Shown: in pieces, positions 23,386-39,079 of the stretch
Numbering within the stretch: the first letter of the stretch is position 1
Layout: the number at the start of each line of letters is the position of its first letter
Source: Camelus dromedarius
Taxonomy: Eukaryota
NCBI RefSeq assembly: GCF_036321535.1
Contig: NC_087438.1
Location: forward strand, 36,332,001-36,396,000
Direction: 5' to 3'
Length of the DNA stretch: 64,000 nt
Notes under the pieces: generated by a model
Told to the model about the DNA's origin: nothing
Database searches by the model: none
What the model saw: the letters and a program-made list of their open reading frames with translations, nothing else
Position numbers and translations under genes: made by a program

Positions 23386-25737
23386 GAAGCAAAATCTTAT
23401 TTACTTTATAAGCCTTTATTAGAATCACACAAAGGGCTTTATGGAAGTTTGCATCTTCATCCATTGAGTAAGATAGGATGTGGCAAAGGGAAAGTGGTTC
23501 TCACTAAACTCCCTACTATGGAGCTATCAGGGACTAGAAATTCAAGGCAGGGGAGATCCCTTAAATCTTTTCAACTCATTTTTCCTTTGTATTATATCCC
23601 ACCCACCCACCCCCTTGCTTTCCCCGCCCACCTAGTCACTTGTTCAGAGAACACTGGGATAGATAACTTAGCATGAACTACTTAGACACATGAGAACACT
23701 GCCTTGGTTTTTAGCTTTTCTTGAAATCATAGTCTTGCTTGGCTTGGTCATATCGATCTGAGAAAACTCCAGTACCCTCCTACTGTAAACTATAATGCTG
23801 GTTGGCTTCACCTTCTGTTTATTGCTGCTCTCACATACTTTCAGAAACTCTGCTCTTGTCATCCAGCTCAGCAGATTGAATAAGTTATACTTTCAAATAC
23901 GGTTAGTGTTTGGCTCAATACAATACAAATGGCAGATCAGGGCTTAGCAATGAAGTCTCTCTAGTCCCTAGTCCACATGCGTAATTCCCCAACAATTGTA
24001 TTCCTGTTCCAGAAAGGTCATAGGTAGACCTCTGGCAGAGCCTCCTTTCTGAATTTATTTATTCAGCCTGTATGTGATACAGGTAAAGTGGAGCTACTGT
24101 TAATATTTGTCGAAAGAGCCCACTAGCCCAGTAATTTGTGCTAAACCAATTAGAGTTCTTGGAAGTTAGGTTTTTTCCCCCTCATTTTTCTTAGTTCCCT
24201 TCAGTAAGCACCTTGTTTAACACAACTTTAATTTCTTCCAGTAAACACTTAACGCCAACGCTCTCATCTTCCTAGAATTAAGCCAATAAAAATAGGTCTC
24301 TGTGACTCCAGCTTATCATCCCTTCCAACTCTATTAGGTCACATCTTGACATACAATATGATTTTAGAAAACCTCACCAAGTGACTGATTAGAAATACAA
24401 TGCCTCCCAGTAAGACAAACAACCATTGATTTTGTTTTCGCCTCCACTCTTTGACGTGTACTGATACGTGTCTCTAAGTGCATCCTGGTATTTTAAAGGT
24501 GGTCTTTTGAAAACAACACTTTGCAATCTACCATAGGCTTAAACGGGTTAATTAAGAAGGAACACATTTGACCTTAGCATGAAATATAACACTCCAGCCA
24601 AAAACAAACTTAAAGGAACATGATAGCAGCTCTCACATGCAGTAGCTAGACTCTCTTGTTGCCTTTAAGGGAAAAATTTTAAAATCAAGGCACTCTATCA
24701 GAACCACATATTTCATAGACATTGACACAGAAATATTAATATGTCATGGACGTGAAGACTATCAACAAACTGTAGGTTTCTATCAAAATGATTGTTCTTC
24801 AAAGCAAATACTTCCCCATTCTGATCTCTGTTTTAGTCCAATCTTGGTCTTTTGGGCAGCTGAACAATTCCAGGACATCTTCAGGGGCCAAATCTGAAAA
24901 GTCAATGAATAAGTTGTATTAAAAGCTGAAGTTTCCAGTCAGTATGTTATACTAGCACAGCTGTCACCAGAAGGACAAAGATAGCTATCACATTAACATG
25001 TGAAAAATAGTTAAATAACTTGCTAATTATTAAATTCTCAGTAAAAATTTTATTAACGGTGAATGGTAAATCACCTTCCAATTGCTTGTGGTCCTCAGAC
25101 TAGGAAAAATAAGAGCAATATTCATTTTATTGAGGTGATCTGGAACTGAATCTGCAGTATCACCAAGGTATACCTATGTTAGCTGTGTGACTTTGGGCAA
25201 ATTCTCTGTGTTGGATTCCTTGTTTGTACTTGGGGGATGTAGGTTGATGTAAGGATCCAAATGAAATAATATATGCAAAATTATAATTTTTAAGTGTGTA
25301 AATAAATATGTCCTTAGCAATGAAGGAAACTGTAAGTGGTGAAAGAACAATATAAAATCATTTTAGAAGAAAAAGTTGCTTGAAAATTTTTTAAAGCTGA
25401 GCACAAATTGGTGAATACCTCTATCTGACTTGGTCAGTAAAATATTGGCTAAGAATGAATCTACCCTAAACAGGCAATTTTACCTAGAGGCAAAATGATA
25501 GCTGCTCTGTTTAAAGAGGTGGTAGTGGGCAGCACATTACTTCATAGTTAACAAGATTCTTAAATCAACTTGGATGGAAAGGGCCAACATTAGAAGATCC
25601 TCTGTCTGAATATGTAAGTTCAAGTGTTGAGGGATGGTGAGTTTTCCACAGCTGTAAAGAGAGGTATTTTGTTTTGTTTTATTGCTTTGACCTCTTAGCT
25701 ATCCACTAGGTGATCTCTTAGGGCCCAAGCTTTAGTT

Positions 25738-26070
25738 AGTGTGGTAATCTTCTGGATGATTTATTCTGGTTCTCCTCCTTCTTGACACAAATGGAAGGAC
25801 TGAATTTCTCTACCCTCTGTAAAGTTAGACACATCCATATGACTTAATTTGGCAAATAAAATGTGAGAGGAAGTGATGAGACTCACCTCTGATCTTCTCT
25901 CTTTTGGTCACCAAGGAAGAACAGGTTGAAATGGAATCTATTCCAGACAACTCTGCCAGCTGGAAATGGGCCATGTATTATGAGTGAGAAAAAGATTGTA
26001 TTAGCCAATGAGAGCCAATGTGAGTTGTTTATTACTAAAGCAGAGGCTAACCTATCCTGGCTAATCTAGG
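25738..26070 (+). mobile_element. Old MaLR LTR (MLT1I/J-like)
   Basis: tgtggtaatc...aaatgtgagaggaagtgatg...tgagtgagaaaaag...ttgtttattactaaagcag...cctatcctggctaat pattern. Confidence 0.6.
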
Positions 26071-27177
26071 CAGTAAGGGCCAGGTATCTACCTGAGGAAG
26101 GAAATGGATTCCGAAGTAGCTAGGTGACACAACTGAACAACCTAACTGATACTTACAAAGAATGATTCTGCAAAGTCAAAAACAGCCCACCAAAAAACAA
26201 AAAAGAAAACCCTTCTGAACCTATGTCCTGAGCGCTCTTCCATTTGTACCAGGGTTTGCCCTTCCTCTGGCTACTGTCTAGCTTCAGAGGTTGATCCATA
26301 AGCTTTCTCTTTTATAATCCCTGGTTCAGTTAACTATCATTATCAAAATGAGACCGAAGACCAATAACTTCTTTCATTATCAATTCTTACATCGCTCTAC
26401 CTTGCCAACTCCTTCTCTATCTCCCGACTTCCCTTCCTTCTTTCCTAGAAAAACTAAATGATTGAATGCCTAGGCATGTTCCAGGTACTGCACATATTTC
26501 TAGATGTGCAAAGCCAAGTAACTGATTTGTTCTCAGAGGAGCTTCTATTTAGTTAATGGCACAGTCTGACCCTGCTAAATAAATAATGCTATCATAAAAT
26601 GGTAAATGTTGTACTTGAGATATTTCCAGAATAACATGCAGGCTTGGAAATAACATCGAGTGATTATGGTCTTATTTGGCTAAACCCTGAACTTTAAATC
26701 AATCCAAACAATACATAAACTTCTTAGTAAGGAGATCTGCAGTTAGGAGTAGTCTTTTAAACTTTGCTAAGTCATAAGTATGAGAATGTCTTGAGTAGGC
26801 AGAGACCGTTATTTTGAAACAGAAAAAAAAAAGAATGATTAAATATGTAGAGTATTTGAGGAACGTATGAGAAATGTCTATTTCATTCTGTTAGGCCAGG
26901 ATGTAGACCTTTCCAACTCACATGATCTTCTCAGTATTGGAACAATCGATCATATCTGAAAATGACAATAGGTGGAAATAATCAAATAACAAAGAAGATA
27001 CATAAACACTGTTAAGTGATTTGGGCTCTAGCCAGGAGCTGACATTGCTAGAAAATATTTTGCAGAAGATTGTACATATAAAAGCCATAAACACTGACTT
27101 TAATTTTCATTAAGTTTTGTTATTCCAAGGTAGAATTGTAATAAATGTAAAGAACACATATGGAATGCCCTTTGTTT

Positions 27178-27303
27178 TTTATTCAGCAAAGCATACATTT
27201 TTTAAAAACATAAAATCATTAAACAGAAGTCAACAAGACATTCCACAAAGCAAAGCAGACACAGCTAGGGCTCCCTGCTGGTAACGTGTTGGGGCTTTTT
27301 ATT
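27178..27303 (-). terminator. ANKRD55: Candidate ANKRD55 polyadenylation signals (AATAAA at 27303-27298 and 27183-27178)
   Basis: tttatt on + at 27298-27303 and 27178-27183, about 210 and 330 nt past the stop. The distal one is followed on the minus strand by a GU/U-rich tract (tatgtgttcttt). Confidence 0.6.
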
Positions 27304-27515
27304 TTGGCATGTAGAGGCCACGGAGACTCACATACTTGTACGCACAAAGATTCTAAGCACTTATTTGGAATAAAGAACTGGGAGTTATAAAACCATGAAT
27401 GGCTTATAGAATGCAATTTACTAAATTAGTCTTTGTTCTTACAAACTCGAGTAATCTCATCCTTTGACAGCTGAAAATACATATAACCTATATCTTTATA
27501 GTCAGTGACCCACGG

Positions 27516-27665
<150 letters not shown>

Positions 27666-29481
27666 TTAAAGGTTTGCTTCTCTCAGAGTCTCACAAGGAA
27701 TGATCATAGAACTGTGTTATTTCTTATGGAGTTGGAGGCCCTTCTAAGAAGCTTGTCTTGGGGAAAGCTAGACTGCAGGAGAAAGCTGTATTTATCTATC
27801 TCTCTAACTCTCTATCTCTCTGTGTATCTAGGGTTATCACATGTAGTCAGGGATGTCAAATATGCACAAATACAAGGTGGGGCTAGGTTTGATCAAAACA
27901 TGTTCGGGCTGTGTGTGCCTGGCAGAGCTCTCTCTTCCCTGGGTGGAGTAGCTGTTGATGCCAAGTCAGCACAAGGCTCTAAATAAGTCCCAAGATGTTT
28001 GTACACTGCTTTTATGCAAACCTCAAAAGGTTCTCAGTTCTTTTAGGAAAAGCACTGTACCTTTCCATTTCTTTTTCATAGAGCTACAGTTTAACTTCCC
28101 TTGTCTCCTTAAATTTAATTGTGAAAAGCAAAGCCTCTGGGCTCTGCCAAAGAAAATCCCCTCTCTTTGGCTTTTCCAAGCCATGTCAGGATTCAAGGCT
28201 GAGTGATTCTTTCCTTAATTAGATGTCTTTGTGACCACTTTTCTGCCTAAAGACAAAGTCAGACTTGAATTTCATTCAATGATTAAATTCACACCATTCA
28301 AAACTCTCACTTTGCACAAAGGAAATGATCTGTCAAGGAAGAGATCTTGGTTTCTACTAACTCTGGACCTATCTCTCCACCTCTCTCTTTCTTTATCTGA
28401 AGAAAGACAGGGTTACACTAAGACCTCAAGGTTCATTGTTTTTACCTAAAGAGTTCTAGAACTCTTGATTGATCCCATCCAAACTATATAGCCTAGGGCA
28501 GAAAAGCCATGTTGGATATTTACTCTGTGCAAACAGTTGCCAAGTGTTTTACACATATTGTCTCATCTAATCCTCCCAACAGTCTTATCAGGTTGCACTA
28601 CTCTTATAAGGTAAGTGAAGAAACTGAAGCACAGAAAGGTTAAGGAACTTGTGTTGAATAGTTCAGGCAGCTTCTAAGTCATCTAACCTCTGCAGTTTAG
28701 AGGATGTCGAGGGCGTGTGCTCACACATATGTTATAAACAAGTGGGTTGGACTAGGAAGAAAAGGAAAGAAATTAGAATCCAGTGAGCATCACTTATTTC
28801 ATGAGGCAGCTGACTCAGTATCCCATAGTTTTTCTCCTGGCTTTGCTATTTACTACCTAAGTAACAATGGGCAAGTCAGGTAACCTCTCTGAACTCAGTT
28901 TTCTCACCTACACTGCCTCAGAGTACAGATATAAGGCTATACAAACTCAGAATTTCTGAGTGTGGGGCCCGGGAATCTACTTCATAACAAGCACTCCAGA
29001 TAACACTTAATCACACATAAACTTTATCACAGGGTGAACAGAATATATTAACAGCTTATAGTATGAGAAGTTTTGTATAAAATACTACAAAATAATGCCC
29101 AAAGTAAAACTGATGAATAGCATCCACTTGATTATTACTTTCTGCTTAGGAATGCATAACCTGGGGGTACAGAAGTAACACACATTTTTATCTGTCCAAT
29201 AGAGTAAGGGAACCAATGTCAGGAAGCCAGACCCAAGAGAAGAATTTTTAAAGCACCTTCTTCAAGACGTTAAATAATACATAGCAAAATAAACTTCCAT
29301 TATTGTTTTTACAGTCCAAACACAAAAATTCCTCAAGGGTGGAAGTATTTTTTTTTTTTAAACAAGCATTACCAAGTTGGATGAAGCTTTAAAGACTGTC
29401 TCTATTCTATTTTCCTGTAATTTACAAGTTTTGGCACCTGATGTTCCCTTGAAAAATGAAAGTAAACTGAAATAACATTTA

Positions 29482-29667
<186 letters not shown>

Positions 29668-30019
29668 TCATCTGAGATTCAATCAAGTGCAAATGATAAA
29701 ATCCAACATACAAGAGAATCACAAAAGTTGGTAGAGATCATAAAATTTAAGATGCTAACAACAACAAAAACAATAATAGTTACATTATACTTTGAGTTTC
29801 GATTACATGCCAGTCACTATTTAAATGAAAGGAAAAGGTATCAGAAATCATTTCTTGAATGAACTGATTTAAATAAAATTTTATAAACAAGCACAGTTGG
29901 CCAACCATTCTTTAAAACTTAAATATTTGAAAAAAATTAAATAGGGAATTCATGTATCATATATTTATCAGCTCTGTGTTGAGTAAGTGGGTTCTAAGCA
30001 GTATATATTCCTCTTGGAG

Positions 30020-30210
30020 CAATGTTCCGCAATCCTGGCTGCACAGAGAAATTATCTGAGGAGTTAAAAAAAATGCTACTCTGGCTAAATACCACACCAA
30101 TGGAATGAGAACCTCTGTAGCTGGGACAGGGTGCCAGATTTCTGTCGGCACCCAGGTGACTGTCATGTGCAGTTAGGATGGAGAACCCCTGACCTGACCT
30201 GATTGTTGGG
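30020..30210. mobile_element. MER5-type hAT-Charlie MITE
   Basis: gcaatgttccgcaatcctggctgcacagagaaattatctgaggagttaaaaa...gttaggatggagaacccctg; similar fragments at ~28930-29010, ~35860-35960 and ~53190-53270. Confidence 0.6.
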
Positions 30211-30261
30211 AGCTGTGTGAAAGCACTTAGGAGATCTGGATGTTCTAACTTATGTGACCAG

Positions 30262-30460
30262 CAGTGCTGTGCTAGAGCCTTGCCTACCAGCTCCCATTGT
30301 TAAATTGCCGATTGTTAAATTTTCAGGGATTATGTGAGCTGGTTGACATCACACTGGTGGCGTGACATCGGTAGTGGTAGAAGTATTTCCATCAGAGAAA
30401 TCAGCAAGCACTAATTCTTCTCCTGAAGAGCCAGCTGTTAAACATTTATTAGCACATGAC
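30262..30460 (+). mobile_element. MER63A-like hAT MITE
   Basis: cagtgctgtgctagagcc...gccgattgttaaattttcaggg...ccagctgttaaacatttattagcac. Confidence 0.75.
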
Positions 30461-33400
30461 CAAATATCTGAAAATTCAAGGGATACGCAAAAGGTATTCA
30501 AATCCATTTAACAAGTTGATTGAATAGTGTAACAAATAGGAGTTTGGGCTCCGGGATCAGATAGCATTAGACTTAATTTCCACCTTGGGCAAATGATGTT
30601 CTCCCTCTAAACTTCTATTTCTTCATATGTAAGTAAAAATGGTGAAAATAATTGTCTGTCTTTTCCAGTTGTCATAAAAATTAAATAGGAGAACAAATGT
30701 AAAGCATTTAGCTTACAGAGTAAACACTCAGTAAACACTGGCAGTTATTACAGTCTTATTCTGTGGAGTGTTTAACAAGGTCTCCTGCACAGTGGAGCAT
30801 GTATTCATTTGCCCTTTTGCTTAGTAGTTTAGTAGGAGCCAGAATCACTACAGAAATACTTATAGGGTTTAAGGCTTTCATTTGGGCAAAGCTGTCCTTA
30901 GAATAGGGGGAAAAAGCATTAGCCAAGAAGATCCACCTTCCACCTGTGTAGGTGAGTCCAATGGTAGATTTATAGGGGCAGTCATCTCAGCAGTGTCATT
31001 TGATGAAGATTAAGCAAGACTTCCAGTCTCTTTGGTAGACATTCTGCCATTATATTTTTACTCCTTTGAACTCTGAAGGTCAAATAAGTTCACAAGCCAT
31101 TATTTAAAAAGAAAATATTCCTGAGTAGAATTACAGTAAAATCCGTATCAGCTCCTATCTTATTTATTCATGAACACTTGAGCAGAAATTTGCAAAACTG
31201 AAAAATGAGATAGTGACAATTATGGATAATCCATATTGAATTTACTATTGGCAGGGACAGGTCTAAATGCTGTAGGGGTAATCTCATTTAATCCTACAAT
31301 CACCTTCCCTTATGAGACAGATACTATTATCATCCTCATTTTACAAATGAGGGAGGTGTGGCTGGGAGAAGTTCTAAAATGTGCTCAAGGTCACATGATG
31401 GGAGGTGACAAAGCCTGGGCTCCAACCTAGGTCTGCCTGGCCCTAAAATCCACACTATCATGCCTCTTCCTTAGGGGCCAAAGCAATATCAAAAGGATAG
31501 GAGAAGTGTCAGAGAGGGACTTCAGCAGTGATTTAGGAGGACGTGGGAACAGAGTTAAACTTCATCCCATACTAGCATTTTGCTTAGTTTTGAAGAGCAG
31601 GGTGGAGGGTGCAAAGCCCAGAATTCTCATATCTGTGCTGTAGGCATCTTCAGGGAATGTCCAGCCTGTGAGCACAGGGATGAGGACCACTGGCTCAGAA
31701 AAGATGGGTAAGGTTTTCACATTTAAGTGAAGGAACCAGAAGAGGATGAAGGACCAATAATAATCATAACAAATAAATAAATTTAGCACTTAACTATCGC
31801 AAACTCGGTGTATTCTAGAGCCTAGAGTACAAGGGGTAGAGAAGGCAAGATGCTCAGGGTGAGTGACGGATGTGTATTGGAGGAGGCAGGTAAAGTCGAA
31901 GCCCACAAGTAGTGCTGTGAGGGTATTGCAGAGGAAAGGAGGATCCAGAGAGGTCATGGTGTCTTGAATCCCACAGACCTTGTTTGAATGTCTACACGGC
32001 CACTTCCAAGGTAGCTCTGTGGCCTTAGGCAGGTGGGCTAATCACTCTACTCCTTAACTTCTTCATTTCTAAAATGGGGATTAAAAACTTCTCTCCTGCA
32101 GTGTTTTTGAAAGGTTAGTGTGTACGTAAGTTCACTGTCTGCCCCAGAGGAGGCTAGAAAAGGTGGAGCTATTTTATGATAAATAGTAAAAATGGGCCAC
32201 ACCTCCTACAGCAGGCAAGGTGACTTCCACAGAGCAGGTGAGTTTTGAGCTGGTTCTTAAAAGATTGTAGGAATCTGTGAAGCACACAGCAGATGGAAGT
32301 TAAAAATGATGTGGGCAAAGAAGTCATAGAGTGAAAAGGTATGGGGTTGTCAGGGAACTGAGAGAGATTCAGGGAACTGTTCAAGTGGGTGAGGGGAAAG
32401 AATTTGAGACTGGAGGTGCAGAAGCTGAGAATGGGTGAGGCCAGGCCATGTGGGAGGACTCTGTTTGCCAGCTAAAGAATCTGGCCTTTGTCCTGGAAAG
32501 ATGCAAAGTCTCAGATGGGTTTAACCGGGGAAGGGGGGGTTTGGGGGAAGTGGGGGGAGGAGGTCACAGCACCAGATCTACATAAGGAAGAGAGCTCACT
32601 GTTGCTGGGGCAGTCTAGAAAATTCTCAAGAAGGAAGTTTTCTCTTGAGGGAGAAAGGAAGCAAGCACTCTCTTATGTTCCTTATGATGGCGTGTAAATA
32701 ACCAGGCTGGTAGCAAACACCGCAGAGCTTTCTGTTCCATTTTCTCTGAGAGCTGCTCGCAACTAATTAAGCTGATGTACTCCAAATTCCCTCATTAGGT
32801 TAAGTGCCTCATCCCCCAGCTCTCTCCATCTAGCCCACTGACAGGTCTCAATAAATGTTAAGTAATAATCATTACAGCTAAATGTTCAGGGTTGCTGATG
32901 TAAGCACGGGATATTGGCTGCCAGGAATTCAAACGGTAGCACCTCTAGCCCATATTATTTCTACTAAACCCAGGACAGGAAAAGAGAAAATCCAAAGTAA
33001 AGGGATGATCCAAGTTCAAGCCAGGGTGCAGTGGTATGATTTATAGCATTCAATTGCTTTACCACATTAGGTTTTCACATCAAGTTTGGGAGCTCAGTGC
33101 AGAAGTCTGCTGAGTTTCAACCTGCCTAGACTAACAACTTAAACCACTTAAGTGAACCCTCCCAAATGTAGTCTGGAAGCCTCAGTAGTTCTAAAAACAA
33201 CATCTCAAATTGGGCTAAAAATGTCCACAAAAATAAAATCCATAAGGCAGGGAAATCTTTTTATTTTGGGGAGGACAATGTAATTTCTAAGAAAATCACA
33301 TTGTAGATAATTTGGTAAGCATACTAACTGGACTTTGAAATTTAAAGAAAGAAATACACTGCCATGGTGATAACTTCCTATTTAGGGTTCTGGGTCCAAG

Positions 33401-35189
33401 TTCTGAATATGTCACTAATTAGTTGTAAGACTTTGAGCAAATTGTTTTAACTTTTCTAGGCCATGTGAATTTTATGTGGAAAGGACCTCATGAAACAAAA
33501 TGTTCCCAGACTCTATCCAGAGGGTAGGAAAACTGTGGCCCAGAGAGATGTCTTCCCTTATCAGTCAGGGATTATTTAGGAAAATAGAGACCTCCCTAGG
33601 TCTTTGAAACAGGAAATTTTATATAGAAAGTTGGTTATACTGGTGACAGAAAATCTGAGAAGCCAGAGGACAGGGCAGAAGGACAATCCAGAGATTAGCC
33701 ATAGCAGGAAGATTCAACCACCTCTAGGCTGAAGGGATAAGGGGGAAGAGTGGTATGACCAAGGCCCAGAAGCTAGTGGGAGCTAGAGTGAGGGGCTGTG
33801 TGGAAGGAGTGGGAAGAGTTGGAAGCAGAGGGATGTTATGTAGCACTAAACTGGTTTCCCTTTTTCTCCTGCTCTTACCCTTCTGTCAGTGCCTCCTGGC
33901 ACTTGGCCACAAGTACCTGGAAGCAGCTGCAAGGGAGCCTGAGAAGTGTAGCTTCCCGAGATAAAAGGAGAGCTGGAGGGAAAAGACTAGATCGGAGAGC
34001 AAATTTCATCACCTTTTAAACAAAGGTCATTTCTAGCTTGTCTCTAAGGCACAGTGCTTAGCATAGGGCCTGGCACACAGTTTAAAAAGAAAAACCACAA
34101 ATGTGTGTGTATAGTACTACGTTTAAATCACAGTTCTAACTACATGTATCAACTTGCTTAATCTTAACAGCAACCCACAGTTCTAAATTTCTTCCCATTT
34201 TTCACATGAGGAAACAAAAGCTAAGAGAGATTCAGCAACAACAAGTAAATGAGAGAGCTAGAATTTGAACCCACGTAGTGTGGCTTCAGAATCCCTCTCT
34301 TAACTACTGAATACGCTGCCTCTTGATAAACTGGGATGATAGATACTCAACAGTCATTTAAAGAATGAATGAATAAGGTCCTTTCCATTTAATATGCCTA
34401 TGATCTTGTATCTAAATATGAGAAGAAAGTCAATTTAAAGTGAGTTGCACAATTATTTTAGCAAATCCATATTCCTTAAAGCTCGTTTATAGGCTGAAGT
34501 TTCTTGGAAGATTTATCTTATGACTCAGTTACCTAGAATGGCTTCTAGTTATTATCAGCACTCAAAAATGTTGGTTGAAAAAAAAAAAAGCTTTGATACA
34601 GGCACAGCTAATTATTTAACATTCCCTTTATTCTACTTTTGACAGAACTGTGGGTTCAAGAAATATATAATTTCTCCCCTTAACCCTACTATTAGAAAAA
34701 CAACAAGAGAAATGTGTTGATGAACAATTGACACTCCATGGAGAGATACTAGAGAGTGGTGTGGATTGAGTTGAACTGGGGGCAGTGATGCCCAAGTGGT
34801 GTCCATGGGGGCAGTGGTTACTCAGAACTAGCCAATTACTGCCAATTGCTATTTGGGTTCAATGTTGCCAAGTTTTTCAATTTCCCAACAAAAGCTATAA
34901 TTTAAAATTTTTATGTGAAGCTTCATGATTTTAAAATATTAGTCATTAATTCACTTAGAAAAATAAGATACTGTGGTAATGAACTGATTTTGGAAGCTGT
35001 GTTGCAGCCTTGGTTTTAGAACAATAGTTCTTAGTCTCTGGTGGGCATCACAATCACCTGTGGATCATTAAAAAAATATAAATGAAACTTTTAGGGTGAT
35101 AATTTTTTGGGGGGAGAATAGACACATATATATTGCTTGTATGTATATAAAAATATAGATACTTTAGTGTGATACATTTATTTAAAATG

Positions 35190-35618
35190 TGTAGACATAC
35201 GTGTATGGTCAGGCGGTTCAAGGTGATGTTCTCTTGGTCTCTGTGCATTCCCCGCTCAACTAGTGCCTGCTTCACCCACACCCGACTCACGTGACAGACC
35301 TTCCTACATACCTGCCCCAGGCCCCAGCTAGTGACTGTTTTTATCAAAGGGGTAGTGAGGGGCATGCCCCTGTGCTGGTTGCCCTGGTAACTAATGAGCC
35401 AACCTGATGTAATTCCCCCTATAACTGCTAAGCACCCCTCCCCTGGGAGCAAAGGCTGTGGCACACGGTGGGGTGTCGCTCCAGGACCTTGCTTCAGACA
35501 TGTAAGATCCCCCTACCCATTAAACCACTGATGTCTCTGTCACTGACTCCAGGCTCTTTCTTTGGTCTTGAAGCTGGGTGAGTACAGGCCTTGTAGGCCT
35601 GCAAGGTGCAGCCTGACA
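35190..35618 (+). mobile_element. ERV solo LTR inserted in an old L1 3' fragment (ANKRD55 intron 10)
   Basis: tgtagac...gcagcctgaca termini; cctataact TATA-like and cccattaaacc polyA-like motifs; L1ME-like sequence on both sides. Confidence 0.7.
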
Positions 35619-36187
35619 GTATGTATACATATTAAATGTGTATAAATATATACCTGTATAGAACATCTCTGGAAGGATAAATTAAAAATTAACAATATTA
35701 GTAGCTTTGGATGAAGGGCACTGGGTAGCTGGGGAAGAGGTAGCAAGGAGAACTGCCATGTAACCCTCTGGTATGTGTGGAGACTTGAACCATACATGTG
35801 TGAGTGGGTTCTCTTTCTGCACGTATACATAGAAGGCTTTGTCATTTCCCCTCCTTCCTTACCAAGATTTTGGTTCAGTAGGTCTAGGGTGAGGAATGAA
35901 CACCTGATTTAAAAATAATCACACAAACAAATCAACTTCTCTTAGGTGATATTGCCATATACCCCTGGGTAAGAATCCTTGCTGGTGTAAATAGTAATAT
36001 TCCTGGTCTAATAGACTGGTCACCACACACATTTGCTGTGATGAGATTAGAAGGCACATACTTTTGCTTGATGATTGCTCTCAGGGTGGAAAAGCAGAAT
36101 GTTTCTATAGCTTGGAAATCCTGAACCCAGAGGACTCGAGGGAAAAAGGTGGCCTAATCACCCATTTCCTTCTGGTCCTGTCCTCTA

Positions 36188-37000
<813 letters not shown>

Positions 37001-38186
37001 CTACAACCAAAGAAAATACCTCCCACTATTTCATCTGCTTGGGCAGGTTGTCCGAGATCATTCAGACACCCCAAAGCCTCTCAAGTCAAAGGTGATGTGC
37101 AAGAACACCCTTTGCCACCTCCTTCCTTGCCCTGGTTCGTTCTCTGCCCAGTTAGAACATTTCTTAGTTAGATTCCTCTTGCTCACTCAGGGGCTATCCT
37201 TTCAAAATTTGTTTTCGCCAAGGGATAACTTAAGCTGAAAATAGCTTAAAGCATTACTGTTCTCACTTCTTAAGGACATCAGTAGGAGTGCAAGACATGA
37301 AGGGCAAATGTTGAGTTCAGGCTTCAACTAGCAGCAGCAGGGTGGAGGTTGCAGAGGTAGGGGGAGTGTGGTTTTACGCTTTCTCTGAAAGGGGTCCCAG
37401 GAGGTCTGGGCAGAACTCTGACATTATCCACCTCAGTAAGACTGCCCATTTTATGCTGTTTGTGTGTTGTTTCTTGTTGAGTTTCTACTAAATTTCCTAT
37501 TGAAAAACACTTTAAAAAAAAAAAAGTATACTAAAAGCAGCCAAGGAGAGAAGCTTTTGTTGGGCTTCAGCTGCAGAAGAGGAAGTGTGTAAGTCAGAGG
37601 TTGGGCGTGGCAGCAAAAGAAAAGTGAGCAATGCCCAATGGGTGGGCAATTTCTAAAGGAAATAAAGGTCAGCAGCTGTCCGCTGGCTCTTCTTGTGCTG
37701 AGAGTTTCCCTGAGGCTCTACTCTGTTTTTATTCCTTGGAAAATTCTGTGTTATTCTCTTTTGAGGCCACAATTGATTTAATGCTTTCTGTGGTATGAGT
37801 TAATTGATGAAACCTGACCCATGTGCAGGCCCTAAAAGCCAGATTGCAACATTACTCTTTGGAGTGAGATATTGTAATCTGTAATTTGAAAAACATCACC
37901 ACTTATTTTGGCTGCATGTAATTTTTTTTTTCTCCCTTGCAGGTCACACAGTGCACAATTGAATCTTTATTCCCATGACATATTTTTATCTTCCTTCTTT
38001 CACCTTCCAGTAGGCTTTTTGAAATACCAAACACAGCTTCTGGAGTCCTGATACTGTCAGAGAGAACCCCAGGAGAGCTGTAACATTCTTTCAAGTTTCT
38101 CCAGATAGAACATGCCCTTATTTAATGCTACTTCAGCATATTCTACAATCAGTCTCCTCCTCCTGTTAAAGGTTGTGATTTGGGTC

Positions 38187-38290
38187 AGCAGGTCTCAAAT
38201 TGTGGTCCACTGAACCTCGAAGGTTGGGTCCCTGACAGACTTCAGGGGTTTTATGAGGATTAAACTATATTCATAATAATATCAAGATGC
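38187..38290 (+). mobile_element. hAT-Charlie (Charlie4a-like) 5' fragment
   Basis: cagcaggtctcaaattgtggtcc...caggggttttatgaggattaaactatattcataataatatcaagatg. Confidence 0.65.
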
Positions 38291-38292
38291 TG

Positions 38293-38365
38293 TTAAAATG
38301 TGTAGACATACGTGTATGGTCAGGTCGTTCAAGGTGCTTCACCTACACCTGACTCACTTGACAGA
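38293..38365 (+). repeat. 73-bp internally deleted copy of 35182-35298
   Basis: First 32 bp are identical to 35182-35213; lacks the 44 bp 35226-35269; 5 mismatches in 73 bp. Confidence 0.9.
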
Positions 38366-38657
38366 GAGAAATGTTGATTTAGCCAAAAGAACAATTAAGA
38401 GGACATGGCATATAGGTAAGAGAAAAGGGAGAAAAAGGAAAGAAAAGATTAAATTTTAGTGAATGTTGGGCTGACAGATTCAGGCTTGCTACTATTATTT
38501 TCCTCCACAGAGTCAAGGACATGTCATTTTATATTAGATAATGGCAAACACAGTTATTCACTTATTCCTAGTTTTGTGCATGGGTAGTTTAAAAAATTTC
38601 ATCCAATTTTATAAATCTTTGAGAGGAAGGAAAAATGAATGCCTCCTCGTGTGCTCA

Positions 38658-39065
<408 letters not shown>

Positions 39066-39079
39066 CTAGAAGAGGAAGC

